A DNA stretch of 64,000 bases from Eledone cirrhosa. Taxonomy: Eukaryota. The notes under the pieces are model-generated. The model was not told the origin of the DNA and did not search any database. It was given only the letters and a program-made list of their open reading frames with translations. The DNA lies in assembly GCA_964016885.1 (NCBI GenBank), contig OZ024744.1, positions 131,626,001-131,690,000 on the forward strand. Direction: 5' to 3'. This document shows, in pieces, positions 22,943 through 36,658 of this stretch (positions are counted from its first letter, which is position 1; each line of letters starts with the position of its first letter). The position numbers and the translations under genes were made by a program.

Positions 22943-25900
22943 TTCGGGGTTAAGTTAAGTTGGGGTTAAGTTAGGCTTAACTTAAGTTGGGGTTAAGTTA
23001 AGTTGGGGGTAAGTTAAGTTCTGGGTAAGTTAAGTTGGGGTTAAGTTAAGTTGGGGTTAAGTTGGGGTTAATTTAAGTTAGGGTTAAGTTAAGTTGGGGT
23101 TGAGTTAAGTTGGGGTTAAGTTAAGTTGGGGTTAAGTTAAGTTGGGGTCAAGTTAAGTTGGGGTTAAAATTAAGTTGGGGTTAAGTCAAGTTGGGGTTAA
23201 GTTAAGTTGGGGTTAATTTAGTTGGGGTTAAGTTAAGTTGGGGCTAAGTTAAGTTGGGGCTAAGTTAAGTTGGGGCTAAGTTAAGTTGGGGTTAAGTTAA
23301 GTTGGGGTTAAGTTAAGTTGGGGTTAATTTAAATTGGGGTTAAGTTAACTTTGTGGTTAAGTTAAGTTGGGGTTAAGTTAAGTTGGGGCTAAGTTAAGTT
23401 GGGGTTAAGTTAAGTTGGGGTTAAGTTAAGTTGGGGTTGAGTTAAGTTGGGGTTGAGTGAAGTTGGGGTTAATTTAAGTTGGGGTTAAATTAAGTTGGCG
23501 TTAAGTTAAGTTGGGGTTGAGTTAAGTTGGGGTTGAGTTAATTTAGGGTTAAGTTAAGTTGGGGTTAAGTTAAGTTGGGTTTAAGTTAAGTTGGGGTTAA
23601 ATTAAGTTGGGGTTAAATTAAGTTGGGGTTAAGTTAAGTTGGGGTTTAGTTAAGTTGGAGTTAAGTTAAGTTGGGGTTAATTTAAGTTGGGGTTAAGTTA
23701 AGTTGGTGTTAAGTTAAGTGGTGGTTATGTTAAGTTGGGGTTAAGTTAAGTTGGGGTTAATTTAAATTGGGGTTAAGTTAACTTTGTGGTTAAGTTAAGT
23801 TGGGGTTAAGTTAAGTTGGGGTTAATTTAAGTTGGGGTTGAGTTAAGTTGGGGTTGAGTTAATTTAGGGTTAAGTTAAGTTGGGCTTAAGTTAAGTTGGG
23901 TTTAAGTTAAGTTGGGGTTAAATTAAGTTGGGGTTAAGTTAAGTTGGGGGTAAGTTAAGTTGGGGGCAAGTTAAGTTGGGGTTAAGTTAAGTTGGGGTTA
24001 AATTAAGTTGGGGTTAAGTTTAGTTGGTGTTAAGTTAAGTTGGGGTTTATTTAAGTTGGGGTTAATTAAGTTGGGGTTAAGTTAAGTTGGGGTTAAGTTA
24101 AGTTGGGGTTAAGTTAAGTTGGGTTTATATTAAGTTGGGGTTAAGTTAAGTTGGGGTTAAGTTAAGTTGGGGTTCAGTTAAGTTGCGGTTAAGTTAAGTT
24201 GGGGTTAAGTTAAGTTGGGGTTAAGTTAAGTTGGGGTTAAGTTAAGTTGGTGTTAAGTTAAGTTGGGGCTGAGTTAAGTTGGGGCTGAGTTAAGTTGGAG
24301 TTAAGTTAAGTTGGGGTTGAGTTAAGTTGGGGTTAAGTTAAGTTGGGGTTAAGTTAAGTTGGGGTTAAGTTAAGTTGGGTTTAAGTTAAGTTGGGGTTTA
24401 GTTAAGTTGGGGTTCAGTTAAGTTGGGGTTAAGTTAAGTTTGGGTTAAGTTGGGGTTAAATTAATTTGGGGTTAAGTTAAGTTGGGGTTAATTTAAGTTG
24501 GGGTTAAGTTAAGTTGCGGGTAATTTAAGTTGGGATTAAGTTAAGTTGGGGTTAAGTTAAGATGGGGTTAAGTTAAGTTGGGGTTAAGTTAAGTTGGGGT
24601 TAAGTTAAATTGGGGGTAAGTTAAGTAGGGGGTAAGTTAAGATGGGGTTAAGTTAAGTTGGGGTTAAGTTAAGTTAGGGTTAAGTTAAGTTGGGGTTGAG
24701 TTCAGTTGGGGTTAAGTTAAGTTGGGGTTATGTTAAGTTGGGGTTAAGTCAAGTTGCGGTTAAGTTAAGTTGGGGTTAAGTTAAGTTGGGGTTAAGTTAA
24801 ATTGGGGTTAAGTTAAGTTGGGGTTGAGTTAAGTTGGGGTTAAGTTAAGTTGGGGTTATGTTAAGTTGGGGTTAAGTTAAGTTGCGGTTAAGTTAAGTTG
24901 GGGTTAAGTTGGGGTTAAGTTAAGTTGGTGTTAAGTTAAGTTGGTGTTAAGTTAAGTTGGGGTTAAGTTAAGTTGGGGTTAATTTAAATTGGGGTTAAGT
25001 TAACTTTGTGGTTAAGTTAAGTTGGGGCTAAATTAAGTTGGGGCTAAGTTAAGTTGGGTCTAAGTTAAGTTGGGGTTCAGTTAAGTTGGGGTTAAGTTAA
25101 GTCTGGGTTAAGTTGGGTTTAAGTTAAGTTGGGGTTAAGTTAAGTTGGGGTTAATTTAAGTTGGGGTTAAGTTAAGTTGGGGTTAAGTTAAGTGGTGGTT
25201 ATGTTAAGTTGGGGTTAAGTTAAGTTGGGGTTAATTTAAATTGGGGTTAAGTTAACTTTGTGGTTAAGTTAAGTTGGGGTTAAGTTAAGTTGGGGTTAAG
25301 TTAAGTTGGGGTTCAGTTAAGTTGCCGTTAAGTTAAGTTGGGGTTAAGTTAAGTTGGGGTCAAGTTAAGCTGGGGTTAAGTTAAGTTGGGGTTAAGTTAA
25401 GTTGGTTAGTTAAGTTGAGTTTAAGTTAAGTTGGGGTTAATTTAAGTTGGGTTTAAGTTAAGTTGGGGTTAAGTTAAGTTGGGGTTAAGTTAAGTTGGGG
25501 TTCAGTTAAGTTGGGGTTAAGTTAAGTTGGGGTTAAGATGGGGTTAAATTAAGTTGGGGTTAAGTTAAGTTGGGGTTAAGTTAAGTTGGGGTTAAGTCGG
25601 GGTTAAGTTAAGTCGGGGTTATGTTAAGTTAGGGTTAAGTTAAGTTTGAGTTAAGTTAAGTTGGGGTGAGTTAAGTTGGGGTTGAGTTAAATTGGGGTGG
25701 AGTTAAGTTGGGGTTGAGTTAAGTTGGTGTTGAGTTAAGTTGGGGTTAAGTTAAGTTGCAGTTAAGTTAAGTTGAGGTTAAGTTAAGTAGGGGTTAAGTT
25801 AAGTTGGGGTTAAGTTAAGTTGGGGCTAAGTTAAGTTGGGGCTAAGTTAAGTTGGGGCTAAGTTAAGTTGGGGTTCAGTTAAGTTGGGGTTAAGTTAAGT

Positions 25901-28900
25901 TTGGGTTAAGTTGGGGTTAAATTAAGTTGGGGTTAAGTTAAGTTGGGGTTTAGTTAAGTTGGGGTTAAGTTAAGTTGGGGTTAATTTAAGTTGGGGTTAA
26001 GTTAAGTTGGTGTTAAGTTAAGTGGTGGTTATGTTAAGTTGGGGTTAAGTTAAGTTGGGGTTAATTTAAATTGGGGTTAAGTTAACTTTGTGGTTAAGTT
26101 AAGTTGGGGTTAAGTTAAGTTGGGGTTAAGTTAAGTTGGGGTTGAGTTAAGTTGGGGTTGAGTGAAGTTGGGGTTAAGTTAAGTTGGGGTTAATTTATGT
26201 TGGGGTTAAGTTAAGTCGGGGTTAAGTTAAGTTGGGGTTGAGGTAAGTTGGGGTTAATTTAAGTTGGGGCTAAGTTAATTTGTGGTTAAGTTAAGTTGGG
26301 GTTAAGTTAAGTTGGGGTTAAGTTAAGTTGGGGTTGAGTTAAGTTGGGGTTGAGTTAATTTAGGGTTAAGTTAAGTTGGGGTTAAGTTAAGTTGGGTTTA
26401 AGTTAAGTTGGGGTTAAATTAAGTTGGGGTTAAGTTAAGTTGGGGGTAAGTTAAGTTGGGCGCAAGTTAAGTTGGGGTTAAGTTAAGTTGGGGTTAAATT
26501 AAGTTGGGGTTAAGTTTACTTGGTGTTAAGTTAAGTTGGGGTTTATTTAAGTTGGGGTCAACTTAAATTGGGGTTAAGTTAAGTTGGGGTTAAGTTAAGT
26601 TGGGGTTAAGTTAAGTTGGGGTTAAGTTAAGTTGGTGTTAAGTTAAGTTGGGGCTAAGTTAAGTTGGGGCTGAGTTAAGTTGGGGCTGAGTTAAGTTGGG
26701 GTTAAGTTAAGTTGGGGTTGAGTTAAGTTGGGGTTAAGTTAAGTTGGGGTTAATTTAAGTTGGGGTTGAGTTAAGTTGGGGTTAAGTTAAGTTGGGTTTA
26801 TATTAAGTTGGGGTTAAGTTAAGTTGGGGTTAAGTTAAGTTGGGGTTCAGTTAAGTTGCGGTTAAGTTAAGTTGGGGTTAAGTTAAGTTGGGATTAAATT
26901 AAGTTGGGGTTAAGTTAAGTTGGGGTTAAGTTGAGTTGGGGTTAAGTTAAGTTGGTGTTAAGTTAAGTTGGGGCTGAGTTAAGTTGGGGCTGAGTTAAGT
27001 TGGGGTTAAGTTAAGTTGGGGTTGAGTTAAGTTGGGGTTCAGTTAAGTTGGGGTTAAGTTAAGCTGGGGTTAAGTTAAGTTGGGGTTAAGTTAAGTTGGG
27101 GTTTAATTAAGTTGGGGTTCAGTTAAGTTGGGGTTAAGTAAAGTTTGGGTTAAGTTGGGGTTAAATTAATTTGGGGTTAAGTTAAGTTGGGGTTTAGTTT
27201 AGTTGGGGTTAAGTTAAGTTGGGGTTAATTTAAGTTGGGCTTAAGTTAAGTTGCGGGTAATTTAAGTTGGGGTTAAGTTAAGTTGGGGTTAAGTTAAGTT
27301 GGGGTTAAGTTAAGTTGGGGTTAAGTTAAGTTGGGGTTAAGTTAAGTTGGGTTAAGTTAAGTTGGGGGTAAGTTAAGTTGGGGGTAAGTTAAGTTGGGGT
27401 TAAGTTAAGTTAGGGTTAAGTTAAGTTGGGGTTGAGTTAAGTTGGGGTTAAGTTAAGTTGGAGTTATGTTAAGTTGGGGTTAAGTTAAGTTGCGGTTAAG
27501 TTAAGTTGTGGTTAAGTTAAGTTGGGGTTAAGTTATATTGGGGTTAAGTTAAGTTGGGGTTGAGTTAAGTTGGGGTTAAGTTAAGTTGGGGTTATGTTAA
27601 GTTGGGGTTAAGTTAAGTTGCGGTTAAGTTAAGTTGGGGTTAAGTTGGCGTTAAGTTAAGTGGTGGTTATGTTAAGTTGGGGTTAAGTTAAGTTGGGGGT
27701 AAGTTAAGTTGGGGGTAAGTTAAGTTGGGGTTAAGTTAAGTTAGGGTTAAGTTAAGTTGGGGTTGAGTTAAGTTGGGGTTAAGTTAAGTTGGGGTTATGT
27801 TAAGTTGGGGTTAAGTTAAGTTGCGGTTAAGTTAAGTTGGGGTTAAGTTAAGTTGGGATTAAGTTAAATTGGGGTTAAGTTAAGTTGGGGTTGAGTTAAG
27901 TTGGGGTTAAGTTAAGTTGGGGTTATGTTAAGTTGGGGTTAAGTTGGCGTTAACTTAAGTGGTGGTTATGTTAAGTTGGGGTTAAGTTAAGTTGGGGTTA
28001 ATTTAAATTGGGGTTAAGTTAACTTTGTGGTTAAGTTAAGTTGGGGCTAAATTAAGTTGGGGCTAAGTTAAGTTGGGGCTAAGTTAAGTTGGGGTTCAGT
28101 TAAGTTGGGGTTAAGTTAAGTTTGGGTTAAGTTGGGGTTAAATTAAGTTGGGGTTAAGTTAAGTTGGGGTTTAGTTAAGTTGGGGTTAAGTTAAGTTGGG
28201 GTTAATTTAAGTTGGGGTTAAGTTAAGTTGGGGTTAAGTTAAGTGGTGGTTATGTTAAGTTGGGGTTAAGTTAAGTTGGGGTTAATTTAAATTGGGGTTA
28301 AGTTAACTTTGTGGTTAAGTTAAGTTGGGGTTCAGTTAAGTTGGGGTTAAGTTAAGTTGGGGTTCAGTTAAGTTGCGGTCAAGTTAAGCTGGGGTTAAGT
28401 TAAGTTGGGGTTAAGTTAAGTTGGTTAGTTAAGTTGAGTTTAAGTTAAGTTGGGGTTAAGTTAAGTTGGGGTTCAGTTAAGTTGCGGTTAAGTTAAGTTG
28501 GGGTTAAGTTAAGTTGGGATTAAGTTAAGTTGGGGTTAAGTTAAGTTGGGGTTAAGTTAAGTTGGTGTTAAGTTAAGTTGGGGCTGAGTTAAGTTGGGGC
28601 TGAGTTAAGTTGGGGTTAAGTTAAGTTGGGGTTGAGTTAAGTTGGGGTTCAGTTAAGTTGGGGTTAAGTTAAGTTGGGGTTAAGTTAAGTTGGGGTTAAG
28701 TTAAGTTGGGGTTTAATTAAGTTGGGGTTCAGTTAAGTTGGGGTTAAGTAAAGTTTGGGTTAAGTTGGGGTTAAATTAATTTGGGGTTAAGTTAAGTTGG
28801 GGTTTAGTTTAGTTGGGGTTAAGTTAAGTTGGGGTTAATTTAAGTTGGGCTTAAGTTAAGTTGCGGGTAATTTAAGTTGGGGTTAAGTTAAGTTGGGGTT

Positions 28901-30227
28901 AAGTTAAGTTGGGGTTAAGTTAAGTTGGGGTTAAGTTAAGTTGGGGTTAAGTTAAGTTGGGTTAAGTTAAGTTGGGGGTAAGTTAAGTTGGGGGTAAGTT
29001 AAGTTGGGGTTAAGTTAAGTTAGGGTTAAGTTAAGTTGGGGTTGAGTTAAGTTGGGGTTAAGTTAAGTTGGAGTTATGTTAAGTTGGGGTTAAGTTAAGT
29101 TGCGGTTAAGTTAAGTTGTGGTTAAGTTAAGTTGGGGTTAAGTTATATTGGGGTTAAGTTAAGTTGGGGTTGAGTTAAGTTGGGGTTAAGTTAAGTTGGG
29201 GTTATGTTAAGTTGGGGTTAAGTTAAGTTGCGGTTAAGTTAAGTTGGGGTTAAGTTGGCGTTAAGTTAAGTGGTGGTTATGTTAAGTTGGGGTTAAGTTA
29301 AGTTGGGGGTAAGTTAAGTTGGGGGTAAGTTAAGTTGGGGTTAAGTTAAGTTAGGGTTAAGTTAAGTTGGGGTTGAGTTAAGTTGGGGTTAAGTTAAGTT
29401 GGGGTTATGTTAAGTTGGGGTTAAGTTAAGTTGCGGTTAAGTTAAGCTGGGGTTAAGTTAAGTTGGGGTTAAGTTAAATTGGGGTTAAGTTAAGTTGGGG
29501 TTGAGTTAAGTTGGGGTTAAGTTAAGTTGGGGTTATGTTAAGTTGGGGTTAAGTTAAGTTGGGGTTAATTTAAATTGGGGTTAAGTTAACTTTGTGGTTA
29601 AGTTAAGTTGGGGCTAAATTAAGTTGGGGCTAAGTTAAGTTGGGGCTAAGTTAAGTTGGGGTTCAGTTAAGTTGGGGTTAAGTTAAGTTTGGGTTAAGTT
29701 GGGGTTAAATTAAGTTGGGGTTAAGTTAAGTTGGGGTTTAGTTAAGTTGGGGTTAAGTTAAGTTGGGGTTAATTTAAGTTGGGGTTAAGTTAAGTGGTGG
29801 TTATGTTAAGTTGGGGTTAAGTTAAGTTGGGATTAATTTAAATTGGGGTTAAGTTAACTTTGTGGTTAAGTTAAGTTGGGGTTCAGTTAAGTTGGGGTTA
29901 AGTTAAGTTGGGGTTCAGTTAAGTTGCGGTCAAGTTAAGCTGGGGTTAAGTTAAGTTGGGGTTAAGTTAAGTTGGTTAGTTAAGTTGCGTTTAAGTTAAG
30001 TTGGGGTTAATTTAAGTTGGGTTTAAGTTAAGTTGGCGTTAAGTTAAGTTGGGGTTAAGTTAAGTTGGGGTTAAGTTAATTTGGGGTTCAGTTAAGTTGG
30101 GGTTAAGTCAAGTTGGGGTTAAGTTGGGGTTAAATTAATTTAGGGTTAAGTTAAGTTGGGGTTAAGTTAAGTTGGGGTTAAGTTAAGTTGGGGTTAAGTT
30201 AATTTGTGGTTAAGTTAAGTTGGGGTT

Positions 30228-30652
30228 AACCCCAACTTCACTCAACCCCACCTTAACTCAACCCCAACTGAACTTAACCCCAACTTCACTCAACCCCAAC
30301 TTAACTTAACCCCAACTTCACTCAACCCCAACTTAACTCAACCCCAACTTAACTTAACCCCAACTTAACTTAACCCTAACTTAACTTAACCCCGACTTAA
30401 CTTAACTTCGACTTAACTTAACCCCAACTTAACTTAACCCCAACTTAACTTAACCCCAACTTAACTTAACCACAAATTAACTTAACCCAAACTTAAATTA
30501 ACCCCAACTTAAATTAACCCCAACTTAACTTAACCCCAACTTAACTTAACCCCAACTTAACTCACACCCAACTTAACTTACCCCCAACTTAACTTAACCC
30601 CAACTTGACTTAACCCCAACTTAACTTAACCCCAACTTAACTTAACCCCAAA
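30228..30652 (-). repeat. Inverted island 7 (425 bp, right-domain long type)
   Basis: Same junctions; ttgactt instead of ttagactt, aactgaac variant near the entry. Confidence 0.97.
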
Positions 30653-31961
30653 TTCGGGGTTAAGTTAAGTTGGGGTTAAGTTAAGTTAGGCTTAACTTAA
30701 GTTGGGGTTAAGTTAAGTTAGGGTTAAGTTAAGTTGGGTTTAAGTTAAGTTGGGGTTAAATTAAGTTGGGGTTAAGTTAAGTTGGGGGTAAATTAAGTTG
30801 GGGGCAAGTTAAGTTGGGGTTCAGTTAAGTTGGGGTTAAATTAAGTTGGGGTTAAGTTTAGTTGGTGTTAAGTTAAGTTGGGGTTAATTTAAGTTGGGGT
30901 TGAGTTAAGTTGGGGTTAAGTTAAGTTGGGTTTATATTAAGTTGGGGTTAAGTTAAGTTGAGGTTCAGTTAAGTTGCGGTTAAGTTAAGTTGGGGTTAAG
31001 TTAAGTTGGGGTTAAGTTAAGTTGGGGTTAAGTTAAGTTGGTGTTAAGTTAAGTTGGGGCTGAGTTAAGTTGGGGCTGAGTTAAGTTGGGGTTAAGTTAA
31101 GTTGGGGTTGAGTTAAGTTGGGGTTAAGTTAAGTTGGGTTTAAGTTAAGTTGGGGTTAAGTTAAGTTGGGGTTAAGTTAAGTTGGGGTTTAGTTAAGTTG
31201 GGGTTCAGTTAAGTTGGGGTTAAGTTAAGTTGGGGTTAAGTTAAGTTGGGGTTAAGTTAAGTTGGGGTTAAGTTAAGGTAGGGTTAAGTTAAGTTGGGGT
31301 TGAGTTAAGTTGTGGTTAAGTTAAGTTGGGGTTATGTTAAGTTGGGGTTAAGTTAAGTTGCGGTTAAGTTAAGTTGGGGTTAAGTTAAGTTGGGGTTAAG
31401 TTAAATTGGGGTTGAGTTAAATTGGGGTTAAGTTAAGTTGGGGTTAAGTTGGGGTTAAGTTAAGTGGTGGTTATGTTAAGTTGGGGTTAAGTTAAGTTGG
31501 GGTTAATTTAAATTGGGGTTAAGTTAACTTTGTGGTTAAGTTAAGTTGGGGTTAAGTTAAGTTGGGGTTGAGTTAAGTTGGGGTTCAGTTAAGTTGCGGT
31601 TAAGTTAAGTTGCGGTTAAGTTAAGTTGGGGTTAAGTTAAGTTGGGGTTAAGTTAAGTTGGGGTCAAGTTAAGCTGGGGTTAAGTTAAGTTGGGGTTAAG
31701 TTAAGTTGGTTAGTTAAGTTGAGTTTAAGTTAAGTTGGGGTTAATTTAAGTTGGGTTTAAGTTAAGTTGGGGTTAAGTTAAGTTGGGGTTAAGCTAAGTT
31801 GGGGTTAAGTTAATTTGGGGTTCAGTTAAGTTGGGGTTAAGTCAAGTTGGGGTTAAGTTGTGGTTAAATTAATTTGGGGTTAAGTTAAGTTGGGGTTAAG
31901 TTAAGTTGGGGTTAAGTTAAGTTGGGGTTAAGTTAATTTGTGGTTAAGTTAAGTTGGGGTT

Positions 31962-32322
31962 AACCCCAACTTCACTCAACCCCACCTTAACTCAACCCCA
32001 ACTTAACTTAACCCCAACTTCACTCAACCCCAACTTAACTCAACCCCAACTGAACTTAACCCCAACTTAACTTAACCCTAACTTAACTTAACCCCGACTT
32101 AACTTAACTTCGACTTAACTTAACCCCAACTTAACTTAACCCCAACTTAACTTAACCCCAACTTAACTTAACCACAAATTAAGTTAACCCCAACTTAAAT
32201 TAACCCCAACTTAAATTAACCCCAACTTAACTTAACCCCAACTTAACTTACCCCCAACTTAACTTAACCCCAACTTGACTTAACCCAAACTTAACTTAAC
32301 CCCAACTTAACTTAACCCCAAA
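31962..32322 (-). repeat. Inverted island 8 (361 bp, short type)
   Basis: Same junctions; 64 bp (4 monomers) shorter than island 7; has ccacaaattaagttaacc, lacks ctcacaccc. Confidence 0.96.
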
Positions 32323-35300
32323 TTCGGGGTTAAGTTAAGTTGGGGTTAAGTTAAGTTAGGCTTAACTTAAGTTGGGGTTAAGTTAAGTTGGGGGTAAGTT
32401 AAGTTCTGGGTAAGTTAAGTTGGGGTTAAGTTGGGGTTAATTTAAGTTAGGGTTAAGTTAAGTTGGGGTTAAGTTAAGTTGGGGTTAAATTAAGTTGGGG
32501 TTAAGTTTACTTGGTGTTAAGTTAAGTTGGGGTTTATTTAAGTTGGGGTCAACTTAAATTGGGGTTAAGTTAAGTTGGGGTTAAGTTAAGTTGGGGTTAA
32601 GTTAAGTTGGGGTTAAGTTAAGTTGGTGTTAAGTTAAGTTGGGGCTAAGTTAAGTTGGGGCTGAGTTAAGTTGGGGCTGAGTTAAGTTGGGGTTAAGTTA
32701 AGTTGGGGTTGAGTTAAGTTGGGGTTAAGTTAAGTTGGGGTTAATTTAAGTTGGGGTTGAGTTAAGTTGGGGTTAAGTTAAGTTGGGTTTATATTAAGTT
32801 GGGGTTAAGTTAAGTTGGGGTTAAGTTAAGTTGGGGTTCAGTTAAGTTGCGGTTAAGTTAAGTTGGGGTTAAGTTAAGTTGGGATTAAATTAAGTTGGGG
32901 TTAAGTTAAGTTGGGGTTAAGTTAAGTTGGGGTTAAGTTAAGTTGGTGTTAAGTTAAGTTGGGGCTGAGTTAAGTTGGGGCTGAGTTAAGTTGGGGTTAA
33001 GTTAAGTTGGGGTTGAGTTAAGTTGGGGTTCAGTTAAGTTGGGGTTAAGTTAAGCTGGGGTTAAGTTAAGTTGGGGTTAAGTTAAGTTGGGGTTTAATTA
33101 AGTTGGGGTTCAGTTAAGTTGGGGTTAAGTAAAGTTTGGGTTAAGTTGGGGTTAAATTAATTTGGGGTTAAGTTAAGTTGGGGTTTAGTTTAGTTGGGGT
33201 TAAGTTAAGTTGGGGTTAATTTAAGTTGGGCTTAAGTTAAGTTGCGGGTAATTTAAGTTGGGGTTAAGTTAAGTTGGGGTTAAGTTAAGTTGGGGTTAAG
33301 TTAAGTTGGGGTTAAGTTAAGTTGGGGTTAAGTTAAGTTGGGTTAAGTTAAGTTGGGGGTAAGTTAAGTTGGGGGTAAGTTAAGTTGGGGTTAAGTTAAG
33401 TTAGGGTTAAGTTAAGTTGGGGTTGAGTTAAGTTGGGGTTAAGTTAAGTTGGAGTTATGTTAAGTTGGGGTTAAGTTAAGTTGCGGTTAAGTTAAGTTGT
33501 GGTTAAGTTAAGTTGGGGTTAAGTTATATTGGGGTTAAGTTAAGTTGGGGTTGAGTTAAGTTGGGGTTAAGTTAAGTTGGGGTTATGTTAAGTTGGGGTT
33601 AAGTTAAGTTGCGGTTAAGTTAAGTTGGGGTTAAGTTGGCGTTAAGTTAAGTGGTGGTTATGTTAAGTTGGGGTTAAGTTAAGTTGGGGGTAAGTTAAGT
33701 TGGGGGTAAGTTAAGTTGGGGTTAAGTTAAGTTAGGGTTAAGTTAAGTTGGGGTTGAGTTAAGTTGGGGTTAAGTTAAGTTGGGGTTATGTTAAGTTGGG
33801 GTTAAGTTAAGTTGCGGTTAAGTTAAGTTGGGGTTAAGTTAAGTTGGGGTTAAGTTAAATTGGGGTTAAGTTAAGTTGGGGTTGAGTTAAGTTGGGGTTA
33901 AGTTAAGTTGGGGTTATGTTAAGTTGGGGTTAAGTTGGCGTTAACTTAAGTGGTGGTTATGTTAAGTTGGGGTTAAGTTAAGTTGGGGTTAATTTAAATT
34001 GGGGTTAAGTTAACTTTGTGGTTAAGTTAAGTTGGGGCTAAATTAAGTTGGGGCTAAGTTAAGTTGGGGCTAAGTTAAGTTGGGGTTCAGTTAAGTTGGG
34101 GTTAAGTTAAGTTTGGGTTAAGTTGGGGTTAAATTAAGTTGGGGTTAAGTTAAGTTGGGGTTTAGTTAAGTTGGGGTTAAGTTAAGTTGGGGTTAATTTA
34201 AGTTGGGGTTAAGTTAAGTTGGGGTTAAGTTAAGTGGTGGTTATGTTAAGTTGGGGTTAAGTTAAGTTGGGGTTAATTTAAATTGGGGTTAAGTTAACTT
34301 TGTGGTTAAGTTAAGTTGGGGTTCAGTTAAGTTGGGGTTAAGTTAAGTTGGGGTTCAGTTAAGTTGCGGTCAAGTTAAGCTGGGGTTAAGTTAAGTTGGG
34401 GTTAAGTTAAGTTGGTTAGTTAAGTTGAGTTTAAGTTAAGTTGGGGTTAAGTTAAGTTGGGGTTCAGTTAAGTTGCGGTTAAGTTAAGTTGGGGTTAAGT
34501 TAAGTTGGGATTAAGTTAAGTTGGGGTTAAGTTAAGTTGGGGTTAAGTTAAGTTGGTGTTAAGTTAAGTTGGGGCTGAGTTAAGTTGGGGCTGAGTTAAG
34601 TTGGGGTTAAGTTAAGTTGGGGTTGAGTTAAGTTGGGGTTCAGTTAAGTTGGGGTTAAGTTAAGTTGGGGTTAAGTTAAGTTGGGGTTAAGTTAAGTTGG
34701 GGTTTAATTAAGTTGGGGTTCAGTTAAGTTGGGGTTAAGTAAAGTTTGGGTTAAGTTGGGGTTAAATTAATTTGGGGTTAAGTTAAGTTGGGGTTTAGTT
34801 TAGTTGGGGTTAAGTTAAGTTGGGGTTAATTTAAGTTGGGCTTAAGTTAAGTTGCGGGTAATTTAAGTTGGGGTTAAGTTAAGTTGGGGTTAAGTTAAGT
34901 TGGGGTTAAGTTAAGTTGGGGTTAAGTTAAGTTGGGGTTAAGTTAAGTTGGGTTAAGTTAAGTTGGGGGTAAGTTAAGTTGGGGGTAAGTTAAGTTGGGG
35001 TTAAGTTAAGTTAGGGTTAAGTTAAGTTGGGGTTGAGTTAAGTTGGGGTTAAGTTAAGTTGGAGTTATGTTAAGTTGGGGTTAAGTTAAGTTGCGGTTAA
35101 GTTAAGTTGTGGTTAAGTTAAGTTGGGGTTAAGTTATATTGGGGTTAAGTTAAGTTGGGGTTGAGTTAAGTTGGGGTTAAGTTAAGTTGGGGTTATGTTA
35201 AGTTGGGGTTAAGTTAAGTTGCGGTTAAGTTAAGTTGGGGTTAAGTTGGCGTTAAGTTAAGTGGTGGTTATGTTAAGTTGGGGTTAAGTTAAGTTGGGGG

Positions 35301-36233
35301 TAAGTTAAGTTGGGGGTAAGTTAAGTTGGGGTTAAGTTAAGTTAGGGTTAAGTTAAGTTGGGGTTGAGTTAAGTTGGGGTTAAGTTAAGTTGGGGTTATG
35401 TTAAGTTGGGGTTAAGTTAAGTTGCGGTTAAGTTAAGCTGGGGTTAAGTTAAGTTGGGGTTAAGTTAAATTGGGGTTAAGTTAAGTTGGGGTTGAGTTAA
35501 GTTGGGGTTAAGTTAAGTTGGGGTTATGTTAAGTTGGGGTTAAGTTAAGTTGGGGTTAATTTAAATTGGGGTTAAGTTAACTTTGTGGTTAAGTTAAGTT
35601 GGGGCTAAATTAAGTTGGGGCTAAGTTAAGTTGGGGCTAAGTTAAGTTGGGGTTCAGTTAAGTTGGGGTTAAGTTAAGTTTGGGTTAAGTTGGGGTTAAA
35701 TTAAGTTGGGGTTAAGTTAAGTTGGGGTTTAGTTAAGTTGGGGTTAAGTTAAGTTGGGGTTAATTTAAGTTGGGGTTAAGTTAAGTTGGGGTTAAGTTAA
35801 GTGGTGGTTATGTTAAGTTGGGGTTAAGTTAAGTTGGGGTTAATTTAAATTGGGGTTAAGTTAACTTTGTGGTTAAGTTAAGTTGGGGTTCAGTTAAGTT
35901 GGGGTTAAGTTAAGTTGGGGTTCAGTTAAGTTGCGGTCAAGTTAAGCTGGGGTTAAGTTAAGTTGGGGTTAAGTTAAGTTGGTTAGTTAAGTTGCGTTTA
36001 AGTTAAGTTGGGGTTAATTTAAGTTGGGTTTAAGTTAAGTTGGCGTTAAGTTAAGTTGGGGTTAAGTTAAGTTGGGGTTAAGTTAATTTGGGGTTCAGTT
36101 AAGTTGGGGTTAAGTCAAGTTGGGGTTAAGTTGGGGTTAAATTAATTTAGGGTTAAGTTAAGTTGGGGTTAAGTTAAGTTGGGGTTAAGTTAAGTTGGGG
36201 TTAAGTTAATTTGTGGTTAAGTTAATTGGGGTT

Positions 36234-36658
36234 AACCCCAACTTCACTCAACCCCACCTTAACTCAACCCCAACTGAACTTAACCCCAACTTCACTCAAC
36301 CCCAACTTAACTTAACCCCAACTTCACTCAACCCCAACTTAACTCAACCCCAACTTAACTTAACCCCAACTTAACTTAACCCTAACTTAACTTAACCCCG
36401 ACTTAACTTAACTTCGACTTAACTTAACCCCAACTTAACTTAACCCCAACTTAACTTAACCCCAACTTAACTTAACCACAAATTAACTTAACCCAAACTT
36501 AAATTAACCCCAACTTAAATTAACCCCAACTTAACTTAACCCCAACTTAACTTAACCCCAACTTAACTCACACCCAACTTAACTTACCCCCAACTTAACT
36601 TAACCCCAACTTGACTTAACCCCAACTTAACTTAACCCCAACTTAACTTAACCCCAAA
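36234..36658 (-). repeat. Inverted island 9 (425 bp, long type)
   Basis: As island 7; 1-bp deletion just upstream of the entry (gttaattgggg). Confidence 0.96.

Larger units (their letters stand above)
17870..26840 (+). repeat. Tandem duplication of a ~4.5-kb block (offset 4,507 falling to 4,470)
   Basis: Island 5 to island 6 = 4,507; after 5-bp and 32-bp losses, markers gtaggggg (20151/24621), ttgcag (21281/25751) and gtttact (22044/26514) are 4,470 apart. Confidence 0.85.
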
